From: Phaeosaccion multiseriatum
Taxonomy: Eukaryota > Protista > Ochrophyta, other classes
Reading direction: 5' to 3'
Length of the DNA stretch: 64,000 nucleotides
NCBI GenBank assembly: GCA_965112735.1
Contig: OZ218961.1
Coordinates: forward strand, 1,922,001 to 1,986,000
Under the pieces are notes generated by a model, which saw only the letters and a list, made by a program, of their open reading frames with translations, was not told where the DNA came from and ran no database searches. Positions 12,884 through 24,200 of the stretch are shown here, one piece after another. The translations under genes were made by a program, and so were the position numbers. Every line of letters starts with the position of its first letter. Position 1 is the first letter of the stretch.

Positions 12884-13631
12884 ATGGGAGAGTGTGTGCT
12901 CGACTGCAAAGATGAAGTGGTAGCAACATGGGGCGGAGGACATGGCATGCGGCATGGCTTGTGTGTCCAGGGGCTGTGTACTGGCTGCGGTGGAGGTGCG
13001 GAAAACACCAATTTCTACGGGGCTTCGGGGTGCGTTAACAGGAGATACACCCTCACAGTAATGAGCCTACTGCTCTTTGTGCAGGGCGCGCATTTGGTCC
13101 ACATGCTGTGGGTGGTAGGCATGTGCTATTGGAGGACGAGGAACGGCCCAGACATGGACGTGGCCTCTGCCCCTGCTGGAGCCGCGGCTGCCTCGGCTCG
13201 GCGAGCCAAGAGCTTGAGGTTGAGGCTTGTCGCGGCGGTGATGGCCATTGTCGACTCTCTCGTCACGATTACACTGCCCATTCGCTATCTCAGCTCGGAG
13301 GGGAAACTTGGTAAGGAGGAAGGGGGGATGGGGTGTATCCCTGGACGGGGGTATGTTGGTTGCGTGTTCGCTATCTTTTGCTCAACCCTCGCACCCCCTC
13401 TTCTCTCTGGTATGCTCTCCTCTCCTCCCCAACTGCTCCTCTACCCTACCCTACCCTACCCTACCCTTCTGCCGCTGCTCGCACGTGGACAGACGTGAGG
13501 TGGCTGTGGTGTGCTCTGCTGCTCGTCTCTGGTCTGCGTGTATGGGTGTGCTGGATTGTAAGCAGACTACTCTGGTGAGTGAGTGGAGGAGTGAGTGAGC
13601 GATGGGTCTCTGTCTGTCAGCTTCTTTCACC

Positions 13632-13677
<46 letters not shown>

Positions 13678-15751
13678 CACGCACTCTTTCTCTATTTCGC
13701 CCCAACTTTCTCCCTGAATACGTGAACCGAACCTTTTACCAACCTACCCCCCCCCCCCCCCCTTGCGATGCCCTTCCTTCGCTTTGCCTACTACCCTACC
13801 CTACCCTAACCCCACCCCCGCCCGAACCGAACCGAACCCCCCCCCACCCCACCCACCCAACCCCACCCAACCCAACCCTACCCATCCACTGCCATCCTAT
13901 CCCAATCCGACTCCGACCCCAACCACCAAGGGGCTGTGTGCCAAGCATCTTCCTTGCCCGGAGTCCCAAAGTGCTTGCTGTCAAGAACTGGGTACACTAC
14001 CGACGGAGGCTTCTGTTGGGCTTTTCCCTCACCTTTTGGCTCACCCTCGTTGTGGTCTTGGGTGCCTTGCCTCCCAAGCCCACCCACTTTTGGCTCCTGC
14101 TTCTCCTGTCGCTACCCCTGGCCACTGCTGCTTCCCTGGCCACGGGCGTGGCTTGCGCTTGCCTGGTTCAGATCTTGAACCGAGCCCCTCCACCGCACTC
14201 ACCCTCCGTCAAGAGCTTCAAACGGCTGTGCTTGGTTCTGGGCATTGCTGTAACGGTCTACTCTGTGGGGTCTCTTGTGCTCGTGGTGAGCTTTGTCCTC
14301 ATTGGCCCGACCAGGGACTTGACGGAGAGCCGTCCTCTGGTACAGCAGACTCTCTACCAGGCACTGGTGACGGGTTTCCAAATCCTCGTGTTTAATCAGG
14401 GGTTGAAAGGCGGGCTGCTGCGGCAAGGCATGGGGAGCTCGGGAAGCAGCGCCGGTGGCGGCAGTAGGGTGGGAGCGGCAACGAGAAGCAGCATCGACAG
14501 CAGCACCAGGCCCAGCGACCCTCACAACCCTCGCAGCAGCCGCAGCCGCCGCAGGTGGGAGAGCGGTGGGAGGTGCGGTGTGGTAAAGAGGTGTGCAACA
14601 AGGTGTTTTACCAACTTGTGGTGTTGTGGCTTGCTACTCCGTAAGCAGCAGCGCATCAAGGCGCACGAAGACTTTTCGGCGTCGGGCAACACTCAGAGTG
14701 AAAGCCGCGGCGGCGTCGTCGTGCTTGGCAACCACCACAACAACACCAACACGAACACCAACAACATCATCAACATGCTCAACAGCAACACCAGCAATAG
14801 GGTGTGCGTCGAGGGTCTTGAGATGGCAACCAACGGTGGTGGTGGTGGTGGTGGTGGTCGTGGTCGTGGTGGTGGGGCAGGGGGTGCAGGTGGGGGTGGA
14901 GGACGCTTCGACGACATTGTTGCTGGGGACATTGTCGACGGCTTTTATGTTGGCGACGTCGCGGATAACAATTCCAACAGCTCCACCGCCTCCTCCATGG
15001 CCACTGTGGAGCGTCTATCCTCGGCGTCTTGTTCGGGAGCGTCGATTGCCTCCATCAGTATTGGGGGACTCTCTTCAGCGGCAGCGTCACTCAACGACAA
15101 CTATGAGGTATTTTGTGGGGTATATGCTTACGGTCCGTCCTTGTCCTTGTCGTCCCCCTCTTCCCGCATGCCTCTTTGGAATCCCCCACCCATATGCCTC
15201 TAATGTATCCGTGCCCCATACACCCTCTCCCTTCTGCCTCTTACTGAATCCCCTCCCCATCATCACAGGAGGCGAACTCCCCCTTTGGTCTTCTCATGCA
15301 AGAGTCAGATCGACTGATGAAGGAGTCGAGGGAGTGGGGAGCGGGGGAGGAAGAGGAATCAGGGGAAGGGGAGAGGGACGGAGGGGAGGGGAGGCAAGGG
15401 GGCTGGAAGCTGCATGACGGACGATGGGTGCGGGGCGGGGGCTTGGGGGAATGGGAAAGTGAGGAGTGGAATGACTACTGGGGAGGCACTTCAGGGTCCG
15501 AGTTGGTGATACGGCAGCAACAGGAGAGGCAAGAGAGGCAGCAGGAGATGTTGCAAGAGAGGGAGGAGAGGAAGCAGAAGCAGGAGAAGGAGGAGGCGAG
15601 GGAGGAGAGAGGGGAGGGGGAGAAAGAGGAGGACGGCTCACCGATGGCGACTATGGATGCTGCCTTCGGAAGGCTGTCCAGCGCTAGCAGCACCGCTTGG
15701 AACGCCTTGCTTGGGCTGGGGCGGACGGAGATGTCGTCACCGAAGGAGTGA
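12884..15751 (+). CDS. Cys-rich (EGF-like) N-terminus + 7-transmembrane protein, paralogue A
   Basis: N-terminus MGECVLDC...GLCVQGLCTGCGGG..NFYGASGCV, then seven hydrophobic segments across exons ~12884-13310, 13493-13574, 13931-15107 and 15269-15751. It aligns by eye with the gene at 42892-44572. Confidence 0.75.
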
Positions 15752-16956
15752 AGGAGAGAGGGAGGGGGTGAGTGGGAAAGTGTTTGAGTGAGAACGTGAT
15801 TTCCTTGAAGGAGGGAGTGAACTCACACGAAACGAGTCACTCTCACTAAGAACGACTCACTCAGAAAGTGAAACGTAAGTGAGTGATTTTAATTTAAGTT
15901 AGTGGTGTTATTGAGTTAGTGAGCGAGAGTGAGTAATAAAATAAGTGAGGGAGTGAGCAAGTCAGCTCACTCAAACCACCTCACTCACTCACAATTTGCG
16001 AATAACCGGTGAATCATATTTTGAGCTGACCAACACCAACACCAAAGCTGCTTTTGCTCAAATCATCTCTCGACTGACCCTCACCGAGGGCAGAGACGTT
16101 TGTGCGATACCTTCTTCTAAAAGGCGGACAGTAGTATCACATCAAGGGGAGAAACCGTACTCCTCGATACTCCTCGATTCTGTACATGTAGAGCGTCCAC
16201 TTCAAGTTTCAAGTTTCAAGTAATCAGCCCTTGTCGCCCCCCTGGGGGGAACGTCGCTTCTACGCTCACCGCCGTGCAAGCGCACGGTGGGGCAGTTCGG
16301 AGACTGCTGTACTCTCCACGTGCGAGATGGTGCCCCCGACGAGCTATGCTGAGCTATGGACGCTGAGGTACGACATCATGTAACCGTCCAAGAGTGGAAT
16401 GAAATGAATCCATTGTTCAAATGTGCGCATATTTGTTTACTTGAAAGCAATCCATGGTCATGGATGCGCGAGACGTGCTTCCCTCGTGAGGGCTTGTCCT
16501 CGAGAAGGGCTTCCTTGGAAAAGGAGAAGACAGCCATCAAGCTCACAAATAACACAAAATCAAATCAAAAACACATACATACATACGCACACGCCTGTCG
16601 GATATCTGGGTCGGCGTCTCTCTCTTCCTGCCCCCTGTACCTCGTCAACAAAAAAAAGTGTGATGCCCTCCCTCCCCCCCCCCTCTCCCCCTAACTAACC
16701 GTCGTTGAGCTGCTGCGATCATGAATGAAAAGAAAAAAAAGAACGAAAAAGGCTCCTACCAACTACTACTCACACCCACACCCTCCACCCCTCAAGCTCT
16801 CCATCCACGCTTCCCCCTCCACTCGTGCCAAGCCTGCATTCAAGCCTCCACACATCACATCCGCCTCATCCTCCTCGCTCTCGGCCTCGTGCCTCCAGGC
16901 TATAGTCCTCCCACTCCTCCTTCCCAGCCTCCTCCATCGGTGGTCGCCTCTTGTCC

Positions 16957-19900
16957 TCAATCCTCCTCCTCGTCCTCCTCGTCACTCTCCGCCTCAGCCT
17001 CCGTGAGCCACTTGGTGAAGGGCTGTGCCTTCGCCTGCAGCTCGGCCACAGCCTCTTCGGACACCAAGGGAGGCGTGTACGTGTCGTTCTTGCCCTCCTA
17101 AAGGTCATAAAACGTTACGAAAATGGGATCAAAACAAAACATGGCAAGGTAAGGCATGGCAATTTAAAGTGAACGCCCTTCTTCTGCTCATCGGTTTTTT
17201 TGGTTTGGTTTGGTTTGGTGTGATTGGGTTGGTGTGTTTCGTGGTTGGGGTGGGTGGAAAGGCTGTCAGAACCACAGAGATGATATCTCACAGCGCCTCT
17301 AGGACGCTCATAAAAGTTTAGAAAAGTTAAGTTGTTTTTCCTCATCGCCTTTCTCACACACCACAACCTGAGTCAACCATTCCTCCTCCCTCCCCCTTTC
17401 TTCATCCCTCCCTCCCTCACCACCCCACCCACCCACCTTGGCCCACTCCAGCACGTGCTCCTCCTCCACCACATCGTGGTCATAAAGGAACTTGAGGGCC
17501 ACCGGAAAGAAGGGGGCGAGTTGAGGACGACGCACCGCACACAGCAGTTCAAACCCCCCAATCACATGGCGAGGACTGGCCACCTTGCGGAGCTCTTTGA
17601 AGACAGCCACCTGGTGGTGGTGGTGGTGGAGGAGGAGGAGGGGGGGGAGAGCGGTGTACAGAGGGAGGGGAGGGGGGCACAGAGAGAGGTACAGTGTCGT
17701 TAGATTTTGTAACGGGCACACAGCACAGGTGTGTATCACCAGACAGCAAAGAGCCAGCAGGGACTCTGGACTGACTGGGCTACCCTCTCCCTCCTCTTCT
17801 TCCATCACTTCGCTCATTCCTTCTCTTGCAACATGAATGCTACACCAACCAATCAACCAACCAACCATCCACCCACCCACGCAAGCACGAACCTTGTCCT
17901 GGATGTCCTTCTCAGTGATGGAGGTGGCCTGCTCGAAAGCGGCACTCACGTAGAGATGCACGCGGAACGGCACCGGGAAGGCACTAAACGTCTGCGCCGT
18001 ATTGCACTCGTCGGCAATCACAGCGGCAGGCGCACCGTCCTCACAGTGTCTGGCGATGGAACGCACGCAGTCGTTGAAGGCCGTCATCTCCCCTCCATCC
18101 CCGTCCCCATCGTCAATGTCGAGGTCATCGACGGCGGCGCTCAGACCTCCAAAGTCGTCACCCGAGTCGTCCTCGCCATTTGAGTCTCCGCTCAGCTTGG
18201 AGTCGTCCTCCAGGGCTTTATTTTTATTATTTTTTTTAATTTTGGATTTGGTGGGGTTTTTTTGTTTGTTTGTGCAGGAAGCAGAAAGGCAAGGGGAGAT
18301 AAGACAGACGCAAGACGCAGAAAAGCAAGGAGAGCGTTAGGACCAGGGGTTTGGCGCATGTGTATGTGTGTGGACAGTGTTTGTATACTGTATGGACAAC
18401 ACGGTCATGGCATGACTTCCTCCTCCTTCTCTCACCCACCCCTTCCCCCCTCCAATCACTGACTCACAATCAGCCTCCCCGTTGGTCTTGTCCTTGTCCT
18501 TCTTGTCCTTCTTGCTCTCCTTGTGGCTCCCGTCCTTATCCTTGTCTTTCTTATCCTTCTTCTTGTCTTTCTTGTCTTTCTTGCCTGGGGGGTTCCGTAG
18601 TAAGGGAGAGACAGACAGCGAGAGAAGAGCCGAGAGCAGGTCAGTAAGTGACACACACGGACATGTGAAGCGGAGTGGAACATAAACAGCTGGCGCGGAG
18701 GCCTCCGTGTCCAATTAATTCCCCAACAGAAGACCTGCATCTTCTTACTCAATTCCCTCCCTCTCCTCATCCTCCTTTGCCACCACCTCCTCTCGCCTCT
18801 CTTCCTCCTCTTCCCTCCCTCCCCATCCTCCCAACGGACGGACCTTCCTTTTTGTCCTTCTTGCTCTCCTTATCCTTGTCCTTCTTGCTCTTTTTGTTCT
18901 GTGCGAGGATAAAGGTGGTCAGCTTGTGGCCCATATCCACGAGCTCCTTGGCACCGCACGCCAAGCACTTGTGGTAGATGAGGCCTTCCTTGCTCTTGAT
19001 GGAGTATTTGGACTCGGGCAGACGGCACTCAGGGCACAGCACGAACAGCTCGATGTACTGTTGTTTGATTGTGGTTTTTGTGTTTGGGTTGGTTGGGAGG
19101 GTTCGTTGACGGGTTGTAGAGTTGGGGTCGGGCCGAGACGATGGGGGGGGGGGGGGAGTGAGGGAGTGAGGGAGTGAGGGAGAAGGGGGGGGTGACGGGA
19201 AGAAAGGGAGGGAGAGGGAAGGGCCGAAAGGGGGGAGAGGGAGGAGGACAGAAGGGGAGGAGAGGAGTTGTCAGATATTTTCCATTGAGGGGGGGGGAGA
19301 GATGATTGCCAAGGATGCACCAAAACTTCTGCACCACACTGCTGTACTGCTGCTGATCGGTTGGTTGGTGAGTTTCTTGGTTGGGGTGGGTGGAAAGGCT
19401 GTCAGAACCACAGAGATGATATCTCACAGCGCCTCTAGGACGCTCATAAAAGTTTAGAAAAGTTTTAAGTTGTTTTTCCTCATCGCCTTTCTCACACACC
19501 ACAACCACGAACACAGATCAAATCACAATGAGGTCCACCAAATCATCCCTACCTACTGTCTACTGTGCGCTCTCTCTTCGCCTATCCCTCTTTTCTCTCT
19601 TCTCCTTCGTATTTCTCTACCTGCCTCTCTCTCCTTTCCCCTCTCCCCTTCACCTCCCCCCCCCCTGCCTTCTCCCCATATGCCTCCATATTCCTCACCT
19701 TGTGGACGAGATCCTGCAGTGTCTTGTCGGTGTGCGCTCCGTTGACGATGAAACGGTCAGTGTCGTACCCGAGGATCGTCTGCGCACCAAGCTCGCATCT
19801 GATCATGGGGTAGGTAGGTAGGTAGGTCGGAAGGAAGGTGGGGAGGTGGGGAGGAAGAGGGGGAGGTGGGAGGGCATGGGACGGCGATGGTGAGGTGCGA

Positions 19901-20507
19901 TGATAGGTGCGTGTGTGAGAGTGCGTGTGGGTGTGTGAGTACTGTGTGTGCGAGGGAAGGGGGGAGCAGCAGTACGGAAGGAGAGGGAGAGAGGGCAGCG
20001 GGGTAAAAGCCCTTCTCACAAAAGCAGCAAGCAAGCCAGGCAACTCTCTTTCCCTCTTTCGCCCCCCCTCCCTCACTGACCCGAAGAACTTGGTGATCTC
20101 CCCCGCGTCTCTGTTAAGAGCAAGGGCGAGGTCAGAGACGTTGAAGGCGCAGGTCTTGATGCCGTTGCCGCGCCCCTCCACCTTGCCGATGATGCGGGGC
20201 ATTTTGTACCTGGGGGGTGAGGAAGGGAGGGAGGGGCGAGGAGAGCTTGGGGTTAGTGAGAGATGCGGGGGGGGGGGGGGTTGGAAGGTGTTTGTTTCCA
20301 TGGGTCTTGCGGTGCCTCCCCCGAGGAGGTTCCTGATATCTAAAATAAATTTAGTATGATTCTCCCCCGCTTCCTCACTCAGTCAGTCAGTTCTTCCCTC
20401 CCTTTCTCGAAACACGTCTACGCCCCGCTCCGCACACAGCCTCACCCTCACCTGTACTCAGGGTCATCCACAGGCTCCAGCCCCGCTATGTTAATGTTCC
20501 CAGACAT
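16957..20507 (-). CDS. EIF5: Eukaryotic translation initiation factor 5; multi-exon
   Basis: [19 protein letters not shown]|[19 protein letters not shown]...KFFG|CELGAQT...FIVNGAH, zinc finger [11 protein letters not shown]...CLACG, and W2 domain [18 protein letters not shown]...[21 protein letters not shown] at 16959-16957. Confidence 0.97.
17243..17368 (-). ncRNA. Candidate intronic box C/D snoRNA, copy 1 (last eIF5 intron)
   Basis: Sense to the host gene. Terminal stem GAAAGGC/GCCUUUC, C-like box GCGAUGA, D box CUGA, and the element AUCUCUGUGGU immediately before D. Near-identical to 19379-19506. Confidence 0.65.
19379..19506 (-). ncRNA. Candidate intronic box C/D snoRNA, copy 2 (eIF5 intron)
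   Basis: Second ~125-nt copy in a different eIF5 intron. It differs mainly by a 2-nt indel, and the flanks are unrelated. Confidence 0.65.
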
Positions 20508-20764
20508 GGCACAACCGAGTGTGAGCTTTGCGCGGGAGGCCTCGGGAAGAGGTTATTGCTGTTGCTGTTGCTGTTGCTGCCGCTTCTGCTGGTGCCGGCG
20601 CCGCGCCGATACGGTCTACTACCTCTGGTGGTGGGACGACTGGTGTTATTGCCAGCAGAGCTCTGTGCCCTTACTGAAGCGGAACATTCAGTGCCGCACA
20701 GCGTTATGGTGGGAGCGGAGTGAGATAGAGGTGGCCGAGGGGTCTTTGGGGGCGAAACGTTCAT
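20486..20764 (-). promoter_or_regulatory. Weak-context uORFs in the putative eIF5 5' leader
   Basis: uAUG at 20764 (tgtATGa) opens an out-of-frame ORF ending at 20486, which overlaps the eIF5 AUG (gccATG, 20507). uAUG at 20687 (tgaATGt) encodes MFRFSKGTELCWQ*. The TSS is unknown. Confidence 0.55.
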
Positions 20765-21282
20765 ACACAACGTCGTTGTTGCGGTCTCAGCAGCAAGCTC
20801 TGGGTAATATGCCCTCCGCAGATGAATTCACAAGTTTCCCTTCTCCCTTCGCCTCTCCTCCGCCGTAAGTCCGCTGATCTTCGCTACCCGCGTCCCGCAA
20901 AAGTCCTTTGATCCCTTTTTGTCTCCTCTTCTTCCTCCTTTCCCGTGTAGAGCCTTGTATGTGTTGAATCGGTCTGGGGCCAAGCACCTCAGGCAAGGTC
21001 ACCCAGGGGGGCGTTCTGGCTGAGAACCTGAAACTAAAATTCTCCAATTTCCACTCCCCCCCTTCTTCCGTTGACTCGCCCACTTGTTGGGGGAGAAGAG
21101 AGGGCATGGGGAAGAGGAAAAGGTGGGAGGTTGCTTTGGTGGCCGACCAAAACTGGCTCTGACTCATCGACCTTTCCGAGAGCCTCCCACTGTCGTAGCA
21201 ACAAGAGGGAGCCGTTTTGGTAAATCTCTCCCTTTTTCCCTTGAATCTCTTTACTTGCATCTTTTGCGCGTAGTGGGTAAAG

Positions 21283-24200
21283 ATGGGAGGCGCCGTGAGC
21301 CACATGTTCCGGAAGGAGGTGGAGTTCGTCGATGCCTCCAAGTTCCAGCACAAGAAGCAGCAGGACACGAGGAGGAGGAACAGCTTGCTGGCCAACATGA
21401 TCGAGTGGGAGGTGGTGCAGACGGATGCGACGGAGAGAACTCTGGCCATGGGAAAGGTGCGTTTGCGTTTCTGTTATTGTGCTTCTGTCTGGTTCTCCTC
21501 CTCTTCCCCCCTCCAGTGCCTCATGCGTCGCCCCTCGCTCGGTGGCAAGTGCAATCCAATTTTCATCCTCATTCGGCTCTCTTCCTTCTATTTTTATTAT
21601 TATGCACCATCTCTTACTCCTACTCGGCCGTCGGACCCATACTTCTCTCTTCTTCCCACTCCCCTCCGGTCCCGTCAGGTCCAGAAGTATTGGAGGCTCC
21701 AGGCCAAGAACGATGCCGACAACTACGATCCAGTGCTTCTCAAGATGCTCAAGGTATTCATCGTACTACTCCTTGCAGCGCCACTCTCTCTCGCTCTTTT
21801 GCATCTCTCTCTCGCTCTCTTTCCTCTCCCTCTCCCCCCCCCCTCTCTTCTCCCTCGCTCCCTCTCTATCCTCTCTCTCCCTCTCTCATTCTTTCCCACC
21901 CTCCGTCTCCCTCTGTATCTGTCTCTCCTCTCTCTCCCTCTTCCCTCTCCATCCCTCAGGGACCCATCCTGGTCGAGCAGGGGGACATGCGTCGCCTCAG
22001 ACACCTCGTGGTACACAAGTGGAAGGACATCAACAGGAGCTTCCAAGGGCCCATGCTGGGCGACTCTCTGCTGCACGTGGTGTGCCGGTGAGTGAGTGAG
22101 TGAGTGAGTGAGTGAATGAGTGAGTGAGTGAGTGAGTGAGTGAGTGAGTGAGTGAGTGAGTGAGTGAGTGAGTGAGGGACTGAGAGAAAGAGGGAGAGGG
22201 AGGGTGGGGGGTGGGAGGGAGGGTAGGGGTGGGAAAGAGCGAGTGAGTGAGTGAGTGAGTGAGTATTGATGGAGATCAAGAGCGTGCGTGAAGTGAGGGA
22301 GTGAGCAAGGAAAGAGGGGGGGGAGGGAGGCAGGGAAGGAGTGAGGGAGTAAATAAGTGAGGAAGTGATTTGGTGTGTGAGTGAGTGAGTAAGTGAGTGA
22401 GTGAGAGATCGAGGGAGGGAAGGAGGGAGGTAAAGAGAGTGTTCTGATCTGATCTGCTCCGCCTCTGCTCTGGATTCCTCCTCCAAGCATCCGCTGGCTA
22501 GTACTGAATGTCGAGTGCGGATCTAGTACGTCAGAATGAACTCCCTTCCCTTCTTCCACTGCCTCTTGCCCCTGCCCTCTGCAGCGAGGGATACGCTGAG
22601 ATGCTCCGCTTTATGGCGGACCCCAAGACCAAGAGCGTGTTTGAAACCGTCACACTTGATGCTAATCTTGAGAACTCAAGGAAGAGGACACCGCTGATGG
22701 TGTGCTTTACACCGCCCCACTTTACACACATGGCTAGGTAGGTTGGTGGGGGTGGGGGTGGGGTGGGTGGTTTGGAGAGGGGGGGGGGAGGGAGGGAGGG
22801 AGGGAGGGAGGGAGGGAGGGAGGGAGAGAGAGGGAGGGAGGGAGAGGGAGGGAGGGAGAAGACGGGAGAGGGCACCTCTTTGATGCTCGCGCGAGGTGTC
22901 CACGGCGACTCAAACGGTCCACAGACAGCTCCACCATTGCTCGTTTGTATGCCAGGCTGCTTGGAAAGCATTGCTTCCTCACCACTCCGGTGTGCCCACC
23001 CTACATTTCCCGCACCTCTGCTCCTCCCCATCCTCTGCCATTCCCCCCCTACAACACCCCCGTTGCAGGGACTTTGGGCTGGAGGAGGATGCGGAAACCG
23101 GTGTTGCCATGCCCAAAGCGGTACGTACGCTTACGTAAGATAGCGTTACGCCGTTACATCGTGGGTATTGGATTGGAGGGAGGGCGAGGGAGAGGGGGAG
23201 AGGGGGGGGAGAGAGGCAGAGAGGCAGAGAGACACACACGCACAAACATATACTCTTGCCCCCCCAGGGGGGTGCGGCAGCTATATGCACGGAGATGGGA
23301 GATGAGATGCGATAGGGTGAACGCAGTATAGACCCAGTATATGCATATATATATATGTATATATATATGTATAAATATGTATAGAGGCACCCAGTATATA
23401 GACCCAGTAAAGAAGCAGTATAGATCCAGTAGAGACGCAGTAAAATAGAGGCATATGCATAGACCCAGTATATGTATATATAGAGGCAGTATTAACCCAG
23501 TAAAGAAGCAGAAAAGACAAAGAAAGAAGAAAAAATGAAGATATGCGTAGACCCAGTATATGTATATATAGAGGCAGTATATAGACCCAGTAAAGAAGCA
23601 GTATGGAGGCAGTATAGACGCAGTAAAGAAGCGGCATAGATCCAGTATGGACGCAGTAGACAAACACCTTCATCCCTTTCTCCCCTCCCTCTGCTGCCAT
23701 CTCCACCTCCACGCAGACGAAGCCCGAGGCGATGGTCAATGAGGGGGATTGGGTCAAGCCGGGGGGCAGGAAGGAGAGGGAGGAAATCGCCAGAATGTTG
23801 GTGAGTCAGGGAGGGAGGAGGGAGGGAGGAGGAACGCGGAGGTGTAGGGGGAGGGAGGGGATGAGGGAGAGAGTTCGAAGGGATGGTGTGAGCTCTGAGA
23901 GTGTATTGGTATCAGACATTGAGATTTTTGAGGTGAACAAGCTGAAACGGAAACTCCATCGTCCCTGTTTGCCGCCATCTGTGACTGTGAACGCGTACCG
24001 TACGTGGTGCTCAATCACCCACTCACTCAATCACAACCTCACTCCCTTCCTCTCCCTCCCTCCCTCCCCATATGCCTCTAGATCACCGACTTGAAGGCAG
24101 ATCCCCACAAGCTCGACATGCACAGCTACAGCTGCCTGCATTATGCTGCCATCCGTGGCTGGGAGGACACAGTGGAGCTCCTGCTGGAGCAGAAGGTAAG

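Noticed and set aside
17270-17290. U6 snRNA-like ACAGAGA box on the + strand
   Set aside because: The rest of U6 (AGC triad and internal stem-loop, U-rich end) is absent. The minus-strand C/D reading explains it better.
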